Position numbers and translations under genes: made by a program
Virus record (IMG/VR): IMGVR_UViG_3300020193_000005
Coordinates: 1-64,000 of that record
Strand: one strand, 5' to 3'
Length of the DNA: 64,000 nt
Source of the DNA: a virus
Notes under the pieces: model-generated
Databases searched by the model: none
The model's input: the letters and a program-made list of their open reading frames with translations, nothing else
Told to the model about the DNA's origin: nothing
Shown here: positions 54,501 to 61,992 of the stretch, in pieces
How the letters are laid out: every line of letters begins with the position of its first letter
Position numbering within the stretch: position 1 is the first letter of the stretch

Positions 54501-56170
54501 CCCGAATGGCTCAGAATAGAAAAAATGAGATTTTGAATCCTCAAATACTGGAAAGAAACAAACAAGACATCATCCAGGGACAAAATTTGCCGGATCACGT
54601 TGACAAATTCGTCGATCGTGCGGTCGGCGAGGGGAAAACCGATTTAGAAATACTCCAAGATCCTATTTTGAAAAGCGCAAATTCCAAGGATAGCTACGGC
54701 AAGCGTTTGGGGTTGGCTAGGCGAATAGCTATCGCCCGCGGCGACGAGAAACTCGTCGAACAAATAGACGAGTTCGTGGACGAGTTGCAGCGTTTCACGC
54801 CCGAACAGTACAACTCGGCGCTAGAGGAGGCCGTCGAAAAATTCAATAGCCCGTTCGACGAGCGACCGGTAGTCCTCGTACAAAGCCCGCTGGAAATAGT
54901 TTCCTCCGGCAGATATCGGACCGTTCACGACGGGATGTCTTCGCAGAACAACGAGAACCCCATGACCCGCGGAACGAACGTCCCGGAATTACGGAGGACA
55001 GCCGAGTCGATGACTTTGAACATTCCCTTCGAGGACGACGAACAAATCAGGTCGCTCAGACCCGCGTCGGCGATGGTGGCGCAAAGAACATCCAGCGAGG
55101 CCAGAAACGCGAAACTGCGCGAAATTTACGGCGACGACGTGGAGATCATGCACGACGGCCCCTCGATCGGGAAAGAAGCAAACTTGGAAATCACGGAGGG
55201 AACCAGCGCAGAACAAAAAGGGCAAGGGCGGCAGTACGGATTCAGCTCCATCATTCTCCGCCCCGAAACGGCGAACAGAACGCTCGCCGTCGACGGGGAC
55301 GTGATAAGCGATCAGGGCGAATCTGGCGGCAGAATCTCCGCCGCTGGCGCAAGACTGACGAATCTTTCCCGAAAAGGCGAAATCGCCTCGCTGTTCTTCG
55401 ATCCGCTGGCGCTACTGTTCGAGGAGAGAACCGGAAGAAGGGACACCGTCGCCAGCGTAAGAAACAGTCAAAACAAAAGATACGTAGAGGGTATGGTTCT
55501 TGGGTCTTTCGAGGTTTCCGACATCGAATCGGTGGTGGCTAATCCGTTATACCTTCGCGGATCCGGCAAAATTTGGGATTTCGATAAGAAAAAAACGAAC
55601 TTGGTCGGAGTTACTCCGCAGGCTAGTTTCACGAACCTAATCGCCGCCGCCAGACAGCGCGAAGACCTGGTTGACCGGTACGGAATAGACGTGGTGATCG
55701 ATTCGCCGTATCTGCCGTTGGACGAGGTCGAACCGTTCAACGCCCAAATGACCGAAACCTGGGTGGGCAGAAAAATCGCAAACGGGGATTGGACAGGGGT
55801 CACGAAGTCGGATCTCATAAAAAACAGACGAACCACCCCGTACGAAGCGTTGTTGAGATATCGAAAAGTGTTGGCGGAACGAGAGGGAACAATGGGGCTT
55901 CCGATTTTTGATCACCCCGACAACGACTTCAGGGACGAACCAGGACAAGTCAAAAATTTCGTCTCCATGATTGACGAAGAGTTGGCGAGAATCGGCGGGT
56001 TTGGCGGGGTTTCGGATTCGGGAGCGATGCGAAGCGCACGGGTAAAGATGCTCATTCAAAGAATAAAAATGGGACAAATGAGCGTAGGTGAAGCGGCCGA
56101 GCAACTGGGCGTATCGCCGTCGACCATTTACGCGTTGATGAGGAAGCCCGCCGAAGCGGTCGGGAGGTGA
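48587..56170 (+). CDS. Giant polyvalent protein (2527 aa): zincin-like HExxH, Pro/Gly linker, DEDDh exonuclease, DUF3626-like, HTH
   Basis: TATAAT and GAGG upstream; 4 DSGAM-type linkers; HEPKH; LDTET...NGNNFD...HDAKVD. Confidence 0.85.
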   Translation: MSPIFENIPPNSKVIAKHGSKVLFGLRNGSTALYDSKSGSFRRGDDADLMAMDDFSSSHNGEWADDRLRRFAASRKTLNLGSDISFKVVQKPRKSSSRDDVAQPQDLANMLPREFVNWARSYVPGQRLPISPPGYSGTDSCLGQNAGGRSSAKMPNADELTSMILRTYGFPQTAPVDATKEMRSAYEKGLLGRTIREMATPNILSMVAAARGLWVDRLNKIRCLGGPAANRFTNIFGVGCDIPSSPAELARDAASAAREAAGDASRAVGEAMERVGEARAGVGIAKERVGETIEATDEIPGDLSVTRMIGELRQSEQTLFDTDTGQMTRRAGGNQPLLINSANAVADETNKKATRRVLIHEGARRWINSWVERQKGEDPSNPLGVIRSAIRRRRSRQQATTTGALTPQQLNEQEVKLYAQGVIELIRLTDPELADELSEPSHLLNDINDPVAVRNAGNQNSKNVIEMMLTDALGPDAGRDRAKLQRYAANLFAIYQPYIEDRQNHPELKQTPVNFAPQKNLWETSNVVAFFTVPGFGGGRNQPLSNYVAPTPTNPGYAGSGMLDLLDRGEFPLFGMGYPGNNVVEAVTRSGVTPLDGYKHTTDSFYNKVVKNIGSGNAPFHGVYLFDSRLITEPESLMRLFDSPDGHLPVSGLSPAAVLQHTLEHEPKHLVAFSQRLRSNLGYTEAEWAERLGRQFKLGGSGLEDSRFGDPILGENPDHVYGPIDLFRDARSGTFIRRQVDELMIALRHPDYEGVVLPDGLRGWKSTDPVLNGAQKIALLWKFYANNISWDRTTAQNVQNLYALKAGKQAAAQLVAEIDESLKRRGFDDGVRRILQQAIREDLMYYEDGPLDRRRILGSSSEDALHQSINEAAIDAEIAQRISAGTPNPDRDQVINDLIAQGRVIPLGSRPDPGRPVTGPLSQHNRLSGQNRLTEKQIVLAQNFVGDAYAMSSAIELDAEFNTAIAQPDAPERVKQFIAAYRAVDPNFTDNDFYDIIELMAGREARYRLQHPNRPSPPRASAAPNRNLIGAPPAQARQASPPQAPPALGGGLGPGGTPPPPGGGGGGGGGGGGGVTPSPGGGTPSPGTPSPGTPSPGGGTPSPGTPSPGGGTPSPGTPAKKPRKKRTPKPKPGAQTPPASPTPGGQTPPASPTPGGQTPPASPTPGATPATPNQSPLPQGGSPVPRPRPTTQRPPQAKRTGPKPSSKADTTTVQKAGALSADIVQTIAVGDPNDSQWLQKSLDSLDSDDQAASDHRARAVQKVDRALDDVVAWANGRLLPKPVGIHPHYPIQIVAGPDDNPAVRELRQSTGPKDLLDRMDRLGYIVLDTETAGPDLEIHGGAIFHFYAKKRNPDGTVEELDLYIKPTVTPAMPVDRYPDAFETLPDGTRIARLSEELTSGPQKMLDRAEYDRAVSQGIDRTEAAARIAAFLNPDMPVVTMNGNNFDLPLLDEMLDEGRAAGTVDNDFGLIDLASVDLLAIGHNLLRGRHERHDRNRKVADLARRLYNGDKIPSGPELIGPWMTSKIGSPKGSVEGYNPATADIKEFWSEDGVKHFVETLPDGTKIKGEAMTMLKTNNKLDALANYAGVRARATHDAKVDVGKTEETMRALLEQGEIQGMSKYAFDHEAAAKAQEALGMGPPQGGTLDRKRPGDVRKAKGTAQRLAGGPGTRSSRTDTDLDLEQDERVDAFAPWPDAASRTGMSANPNLQVIEPQDGMTSAEKNEMTTLLEKLEGLDQIKQVRKATNLTPEERQRLKILLTKAADAYKKAKTRISDSQGDLTDDEGIRAWLAQLAKMEKFMKENPDLYSEEAIQLMVDGVINGAGNLTPESLVAMERRVNDLITKLGYQGEFFQDMVAAHLSVALDRAVREMRRRNPSLSANEIRELLGMDPDDTPLVVAILGDSGAMRSARRIAGTRRIDDIAPDSGAMRSTPVVARNPDSSRKTAEKTASILGRAESVGVDIDRQEREVVPRMAQNRKNEILNPQILERNKQDIIQGQNLPDHVDKFVDRAVGEGKTDLEILQDPILKSANSKDSYGKRLGLARRIAIARGDEKLVEQIDEFVDELQRFTPEQYNSALEEAVEKFNSPFDERPVVLVQSPLEIVSSGRYRTVHDGMSSQNNENPMTRGTNVPELRRTAESMTLNIPFEDDEQIRSLRPASAMVAQRTSSEARNAKLREIYGDDVEIMHDGPSIGKEANLEITEGTSAEQKGQGRQYGFSSIILRPETANRTLAVDGDVISDQGESGGRISAAGARLTNLSRKGEIASLFFDPLALLFEERTGRRDTVASVRNSQNKRYVEGMVLGSFEVSDIESVVANPLYLRGSGKIWDFDKKKTNLVGVTPQASFTNLIAAARQREDLVDRYGIDVVIDSPYLPLDEVEPFNAQMTETWVGRKIANGDWTGVTKSDLIKNRRTTPYEALLRYRKVLAEREGTMGLPIFDHPDNDFRDEPGQVKNFVSMIDEELARIGGFGGVSDSGAMRSARVKMLIQRIKMGQMSVGEAAEQLGVSPSTIYALMRKPAEAVGR
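51770..52085 (+). repeat. (GGT)~13 poly-Gly, TPSPG repeats and 33-bp (QTPPASPTPG[GA]) x3
   Basis: Directly visible low-complexity coding repeats. Confidence 0.95.
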
Positions 56171-56174
56171 CGAA

Positions 56175-59045
56175 ATGATTGAATCCGCCACGCAAAGATT
56201 CATTTCGGCGATGGGCGAAATCGACGCGACCAGAATGGAATCCAAGAAAAAGTCTCTCGGTCGGGACATGAATCCGTACACCGCCAGGGACGCCGATTTG
56301 GACAGATTGGTCCTCGAGGGAATAGCACGCGTAAACATGGGTAGGGGCATCCCCGATCCGACGCCGTTCGGAAACGTCGGAGCGATGACGCGGAATCAAC
56401 CCCCCCCGGCGAGACCCGAGAACAGATTGCGCAGGGCGGTCAGGCGTTCCATGCGCGACACCCCGAAGAGGGTCGCGAGGGGAACCAGCTCATTGCGACG
56501 ATACCTCGAGTCGAGCGACGGCGTCTCGGGGAGGATGGCCTCGGAAAGACCGATCGATCAAATTTTCCAGAATTTCAAAAGGGTGTCCATCGACGAGATA
56601 CGAAGCGGCGTAAATTCAGTCGTCGGGAAAGTCGATTCAGTCATGGGGCAACGACCGAGAACGATCGGCGAAATATTGAGAAATCTGAAAAGTTTGGAAA
56701 ATCTCATCAACGGAATGAATCCGGACGGATCGCCGACCCCGAACGGAGAGAATAGGAATTTTCGTTTGCTTCCCCTTTTTTTCATGGCGTCCACACAGAA
56801 TGCTCTTAGGGAAGCGATGGGAGATAGATTCGACGGAGAAAAAACGATTCCGTCGAAGCACGACATCGGCGTGTACTACGCGACGGCGTACTCGATGCTG
56901 GAGAATCCGGAGGCTTTTCGGGACGTCGATTTCATAATTCAGCCGATGTCCATGCCCGACATCTTCGGTCATCCGGGCGCAGAAGGATCAGTTTCGATGG
57001 TTCCGTCGTATTACTCCTTCCACGCGCGGCCGCCGAAAAGCAGCGTTAGGCGTGAAAGGGGCGGCGGGTTCGATACCTCCGGAGTAGCCGACACCTACGT
57101 GGCGTTCTCGCCGGTCAAGGACTATAGCGAAGGTCTAATGATAAACGTGACCCATAATCCAAGGATCGTCGGCGGTCGACTGCCGGTGCTCATGAGATTG
57201 GCGATGTACGGAGAAGAAGGGGACAAAGAAACGGTCGTCAAGGGTTTCATTGTGCCGAAGTCGCAAACCGGAAAACGATCCGTTACCGAGAAGTTTCAGG
57301 AGACGGAATTCGTGCACGAACGGCGGACCGGCGAAAGGGCGACGTTTCAGAGACTTTTGAAGGAAGCCAACGATTTCATGGATGCCTATTCGGAAGAAAT
57401 TTCTCCGTCGTTCGTTGTGGAGACGACGGGACTTGACATAGTGCTTTCGCTGATCGAAGAGGCTCAACGAATTTTCAAAAAAGCGAACGACGCGTTGGCC
57501 GAAGATCCATCCGTTTCGCCGTCAATGGTGGAAGCCATGCGCGACGAGGGCAAGCGGCTTATTGATCTGGCCGACATGACGGCCTCCATGGCTTTGGCTT
57601 TTCACGAATTCGGTCACTTTTTTGACAAAGTTGGCGACTACAAAAATAGTCCCGCCTACCCGGAGGCGTCCGATACGGGGGGTAGGGGTTTGAATACCGC
57701 GTACGAGTACAGAAGGGATCTGGCGATACTCGAATCGCTGAAAAAGGGAGAACCTTCGCCGTATCTTGAATCCGTCGCCGAAGAGCTTATGCACGGCAAA
57801 GTGAAGAACATTTTGAAAAACTTTTTGACCACGTACGTCGATATGACGGCCGCCCTAACGGCAATGGAGAGATTGTCGCTGGTCAGATCCTCCCTGAATC
57901 CGTTGATCGGCGACGTGGCGAAATTGGTAAACGACAACGACGGTTTAGCCGGCTGGGCCTGGGTGAAAATGGTAGTGACCGGACAAACCAAAACGGTCGA
58001 AGACGCGGTTTCTACGATCAAAATGGCGGGGCTCGTCAAAGTAAACCCGGATAATTCGCCCTCCAGGGTCGAAGCGGAGGCAAGGCGAATCATAGGGGAA
58101 TTGCGAAAAATATTCAGCTACGGGGCGGCCCGTGGCGTCGCTTGGGATATGCGCTCGCGCGCGTCGCGCCTGTTGACCCCCTCGGCTTTTGCCGCGCAAG
58201 CTATGGATAACGAAAATTTTAATTCCCTTTTGGCCAAGGCGGACGATCGGCAAAGAGCGATGATGCTCGCAGTGATGGCGGACGCCCTGGTTCGCGGCTA
58301 CGACAACCAACTAAAAACATCCATAGAAGCCACGAAAGAGCGAATCATCGAAAACGAAAGGTTGTTCAAGGGTGAAGGAGAGGTGCCCGATAAATACATG
58401 GGACTAAGAAGAAACGCGTGGCTTTCGGAGTGGCTGTCCGGGCAGTCGTTCAACGTCGACGGGTATGCGACGGGCTGGAGTAGTCTCATGTCCGAATTGA
58501 TTTCATCCAATCCCGACGTCGTCGTTGAGTTTCTGGAACTATTCGGCAGAAAGAACGCGATAGACGGTTGGTTTGACGCCGACGGCTCCTTCAGTAAAAA
58601 AGAATTCGTCAAAAGGGAAATAACAAGAAAACACGTAGACCAACCCAGTTCGTATAGTCCGATTCTTCACGCCATAAATAACGCCGTAAACGGCAGGGGT
58701 TATTCCGGATGGAAGGATCTGACCGACGACGAATCGGCGACTTTGGCCGCCGTGATCGGGAAAATAACTCAGTATGCGGATCAAACGGATTACGACATGG
58801 CGAATCCGAGACCCAAGCACGTTCAGGTCTCAAACGCCGAAACTTACGCGGAACTCAACGCCATCCTAAGCCTGAATATTCTTTCCTTCCTGAATGGGTT
58901 GACGCAAAGAGAGAGGGACATCGCCCTAAAATTGCGTTCGCAGATGATGTCAAGAGTAAACGAAATGCGAGGACGAATGTTGCGTAATTCCAGGCGATTG
59001 CGAACCCCCGAGGAACAAATGCGAACCCCCAAGGAGCAAAGATGA
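56175..59045 (+). CDS. Large tagged protein (956 aa) with zincin-like HExxH metallopeptidase motif
   Basis: GGAGGTGA SD; tag at N-terminus; AFHEFGH and downstream YA...AETYAE. Confidence 0.8.
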   Translation: MIESATQRFISAMGEIDATRMESKKKSLGRDMNPYTARDADLDRLVLEGIARVNMGRGIPDPTPFGNVGAMTRNQPPPARPENRLRRAVRRSMRDTPKRVARGTSSLRRYLESSDGVSGRMASERPIDQIFQNFKRVSIDEIRSGVNSVVGKVDSVMGQRPRTIGEILRNLKSLENLINGMNPDGSPTPNGENRNFRLLPLFFMASTQNALREAMGDRFDGEKTIPSKHDIGVYYATAYSMLENPEAFRDVDFIIQPMSMPDIFGHPGAEGSVSMVPSYYSFHARPPKSSVRRERGGGFDTSGVADTYVAFSPVKDYSEGLMINVTHNPRIVGGRLPVLMRLAMYGEEGDKETVVKGFIVPKSQTGKRSVTEKFQETEFVHERRTGERATFQRLLKEANDFMDAYSEEISPSFVVETTGLDIVLSLIEEAQRIFKKANDALAEDPSVSPSMVEAMRDEGKRLIDLADMTASMALAFHEFGHFFDKVGDYKNSPAYPEASDTGGRGLNTAYEYRRDLAILESLKKGEPSPYLESVAEELMHGKVKNILKNFLTTYVDMTAALTAMERLSLVRSSLNPLIGDVAKLVNDNDGLAGWAWVKMVVTGQTKTVEDAVSTIKMAGLVKVNPDNSPSRVEAEARRIIGELRKIFSYGAARGVAWDMRSRASRLLTPSAFAAQAMDNENFNSLLAKADDRQRAMMLAVMADALVRGYDNQLKTSIEATKERIIENERLFKGEGEVPDKYMGLRRNAWLSEWLSGQSFNVDGYATGWSSLMSELISSNPDVVVEFLELFGRKNAIDGWFDADGSFSKKEFVKREITRKHVDQPSSYSPILHAINNAVNGRGYSGWKDLTDDESATLAAVIGKITQYADQTDYDMANPRPKHVQVSNAETYAELNAILSLNILSFLNGLTQRERDIALKLRSQMMSRVNEMRGRMLRNSRRLRTPEEQMRTPKEQR
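56268..56372 (+). repeat. 35-aa shared tag, copy 3
   Basis: MNPYTARDADLDRLVLEGIARVNMGRGIPDPTPFG. Confidence 0.95.
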
Positions 59046-59344
59046 CCGAAACGAACGAAATGCCCCCGAAAGAAGAGATTGATCCGCTCAAGCAGAGGGA
59101 GATGGACGTCGCCGACGACATGTTCGGTTTTGGCAGAAAGAGCGCTAAAAAGGTTTTCCTTTCACTATTGACGGACAAAATGATGGAAAATGGAGTAAAG
59201 CCGGAATTAGCGAAGGACGTGGTGCTCTCGTTGTTGCCGGATTTGACCGAAATCGAAAAAGCCATCAGCGAAAATATAAGCTTTGCCGATCTGGCGAAAA
59301 GATACGAAAATTTCATGGATGGGGAATTGAGGGAAAATGAATGA
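59042..59344 (+). CDS. Hypothetical acidic protein (100 aa)
   Basis: AAGGAG SD and ATGA overlap. Confidence 0.7.
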   Translation: MTETNEMPPKEEIDPLKQREMDVADDMFGFGRKSAKKVFLSLLTDKMMENGVKPELAKDVVLSLLPDLTEIEKAISENISFADLAKRYENFMDGELRENE

Positions 59345-59906
59345 GTTCTTGAACTCAAAAGCCGATCCGCTCGGAGGTCTTTTGCCCCAGGAGGTCGTAA
59401 CCGGCGACGTCATGCGCGGATACGGTCCCAGAAGGGGAAATCTGGAGAGATTGCTTCGCTACTGGAGACCGATCATGAAGAAGCCCGGCGGATTCAGGAG
59501 GTGCAGGGTCATTCTCGCCGATCATCCCGAGCTGTATCCGCTCAACAACATATGCGCCTGGTTGCATCACGAAACGACCGGATTATGGCCGAACGAAGGC
59601 TGTCACCACCCGGGCATGAAAAACTGCAGAAGAAAACTGCGCGGCGTCGTCAACGGATCGATCTGGAGCGACTCGGATTTCAACGACAGGCTCAAGAAAA
59701 TTACGAGGAGAAGGGGAAAGAAGGATCTCAGATCCAGTGGCGGTATCGACGCGGCCCAGACCTACGATCCGTTCGTGCCGGTCATAACGGACGACGACTG
59801 GAATCACGCCTGGGTGGTTTTGGACGACTTCGTAAAGATGGAACCGACCTTCGTCGCGTACGTTTGCTCGGACGATAACTGGGAGATGTTCGATTCGGAT
59901 GTCTGA
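59337..59906 (+). CDS. Hypothetical head-module protein (189 aa)
   Basis: GNLERLLRYW..PGGFRRC...CAWLH..TTGLWP resembles a Cys/His module recalled from actinophage head genes. Confidence 0.65.
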   Translation: MNEFLNSKADPLGGLLPQEVVTGDVMRGYGPRRGNLERLLRYWRPIMKKPGGFRRCRVILADHPELYPLNNICAWLHHETTGLWPNEGCHHPGMKNCRRKLRGVVNGSIWSDSDFNDRLKKITRRRGKKDLRSSGGIDAAQTYDPFVPVITDDDWNHAWVVLDDFVKMEPTFVAYVCSDDNWEMFDSDV

Positions 59907-61992
59907 CGCTATGGGCAACGACGACTGTTGCGGGAGTAGAACTCTCGTCAAGAGGACAATTTCGCCGGCGCTCGCCGTCATGCGAACAAACGTATACGAC
60001 GTGCCGCTGTATTTTTTTCGCAATAGACAGAAAACCGTGGACTACAAGTGTCTGATGACGAAATCCATATCCGAGAGAAGGACGACGAGTCATCAAATCA
60101 GCGTCAAGTCGGGGATAATTTCGTCGGACGACCCGGTCTCCAGGGCGGTTCAAACCGTGGGCGGAATTTTGATTCCGGGGAATATGTCCAGGATCAGGAG
60201 GCCTTTCAGATCCACCATCGGTTCGGCCGTGGTTACGGGACCACGGGGTCTGATTCCGTCCACGGTTTCCAGACTTTCGCCGGGAATGATCCCGAAACCG
60301 GACAGGGGATTTAGGTGTCCGGAGGGTTTTCAATTCGGGGGACAATTCACGGACAAGTACTACTCGACGTGCGGGAAAAAACTCTTTCAGCTAGCCCTGA
60401 CCGTGGGAGCGAATTTCGACAGATACGTAAAGCTGTCCTCCGCGGGCGCCCTGAGAAAATTCAGGATAAACGGATTCGAATTGTCTCCCATCTCCAGGGA
60501 GAGACAAATATCGGCATCGGATCAAATCTCGACCATTCGGAATCCCCAAATTGATATACCCGAAGTCGGCTCGTATAGCGTGTCCAAATTCAGGGAAGCA
60601 TTGCAATCCGTCGTGAAGGATATGACGGACAGGGGAGAGTCCTTGTCCCGCCTGGTGAGAAGGGACGGGTTGGTCCTGGAACCGCTCGTATCCGCCAAAG
60701 TCCTGAGGACGGTTCCGGACAACAAAAGCATGGAGGAATCCGCCTACGTGACGTTCGCTAAAAATCCCGCATACATAGGCGGAGACGAAATGTGGATGTT
60801 CTCCAACAGCGGAGTGAATTCGCTCGTTTACGTACTCCCCAACGGCGGAACCCTGACACTAAGAAAGAAAAGGAATCTATCGAACGGGGAACGAAGGAAG
60901 CTCGGGAGAACGATATCCGACGCCAGGAAAATGACCCTGTCCGACAATCCAGCGATCAGGTTGGAACACGTTTCCTCGGAAATGGACGGACCGATAGCGT
61001 ACGAACAAAATTTTAGCGACATAGATTTTCCCAACGATATGGTGATCGTGTTCGACGCGAAGACCAAAAAACAACGCCAGGTTCGCAAATGGCACAGGGA
61101 CGCATATCTTCTGGATCCGAAAAAGAGAGTGATCTCCGAAAGGTCTACGCAGATAGAGGACGTCGCCGGGATGCAGGACGATCTCGGCGAGGCCGTTTCC
61201 ATGCTGAACGACGGAGGGCAAATCGGAAACATAAGTCCGGAAATACGGATACCGGCTATGGAAAGATCCGGGGTTTTTAGAGCCAGGCGCGCCGGCGACC
61301 GCGCCACGGAGTATTACAACGGTCGGCAAAAACTCGTCGCCATGAGTTCCAGGGTCGAATTCGAGCACATCGGAGCAATGACGACCGCAGAAATACAGTC
61401 GCAATTGGGGGCGGTCGCTCCGTACGTTTGGTTCGCCGGATCGGGGATAAGAAGACCCTACATATATTCGATGCCCGACGGCGACAAGAACGCAACCAGA
61501 ACCTCGAGGGTAAGCGACGAAAGTTTCGCAAACGCGGAAGATATGACTCGACTGATGATCGCCGACATCCTCACCGATTCTCTGTCGAGAAATCCTTCGC
61601 TGATATACACCTCGCAGTTCGACGGAAAAAACAGGACCTATTCGGCGCCTCTTTCGCTGTCGGCGATGTCGGGAATGAACAGGAAGGAAAAAGAGAAGAG
61701 AATATCCGAGACTTCCGCGGAGGTAATGCGCGATCTTCGGGTCTCCATATATTCGGATTACTTCCGTTCGTTGAGGGCAGCTCAAAGAAAAAGATCCCTG
61801 TCGTTGCTGGAGGAACTCCTAGAGAGAGCTAAAATGTTCTCGTTCGCCGATTTTGCGAGAAGAATGGCCATAGACGGAAAAATGTCGGAAGCCGAACGCA
61901 TTCATCTCGAATCGGTGAAAAGACTCTACGAAAATAGGGTTCAACATCTGTACTCGGGCATAAAGACGATCAGGGAGATAATCGGTGAATAA
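59899..61992 (+). CDS. Hypothetical protein (697 aa) with RC..GGQFTD..C motif and possible degenerate HipA/PI3K-like kinase fold
   Basis: Long ORF overlapping both neighbours by 8 nt. Confidence 0.7.
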   Translation: MSDAMGNDDCCGSRTLVKRTISPALAVMRTNVYDVPLYFFRNRQKTVDYKCLMTKSISERRTTSHQISVKSGIISSDDPVSRAVQTVGGILIPGNMSRIRRPFRSTIGSAVVTGPRGLIPSTVSRLSPGMIPKPDRGFRCPEGFQFGGQFTDKYYSTCGKKLFQLALTVGANFDRYVKLSSAGALRKFRINGFELSPISRERQISASDQISTIRNPQIDIPEVGSYSVSKFREALQSVVKDMTDRGESLSRLVRRDGLVLEPLVSAKVLRTVPDNKSMEESAYVTFAKNPAYIGGDEMWMFSNSGVNSLVYVLPNGGTLTLRKKRNLSNGERRKLGRTISDARKMTLSDNPAIRLEHVSSEMDGPIAYEQNFSDIDFPNDMVIVFDAKTKKQRQVRKWHRDAYLLDPKKRVISERSTQIEDVAGMQDDLGEAVSMLNDGGQIGNISPEIRIPAMERSGVFRARRAGDRATEYYNGRQKLVAMSSRVEFEHIGAMTTAEIQSQLGAVAPYVWFAGSGIRRPYIYSMPDGDKNATRTSRVSDESFANAEDMTRLMIADILTDSLSRNPSLIYTSQFDGKNRTYSAPLSLSAMSGMNRKEKEKRISETSAEVMRDLRVSIYSDYFRSLRAAQRKRSLSLLEELLERAKMFSFADFARRMAIDGKMSEAERIHLESVKRLYENRVQHLYSGIKTIREIIGE

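Noticed and set aside
30132-56029. DSGAM as internal Shine-Dalgarno plus ATG starts
   Set aside because: GGAG is present in only some copies and only 2 nt from ATG; synonymous variation shows peptide-level constraint. Not formally excluded without Ribo-seq.
27804-56170. Inteins explaining the giant ORFs
   Set aside because: No C/S...HN-[CST] splice signatures or LAGLIDADG motifs recognised.
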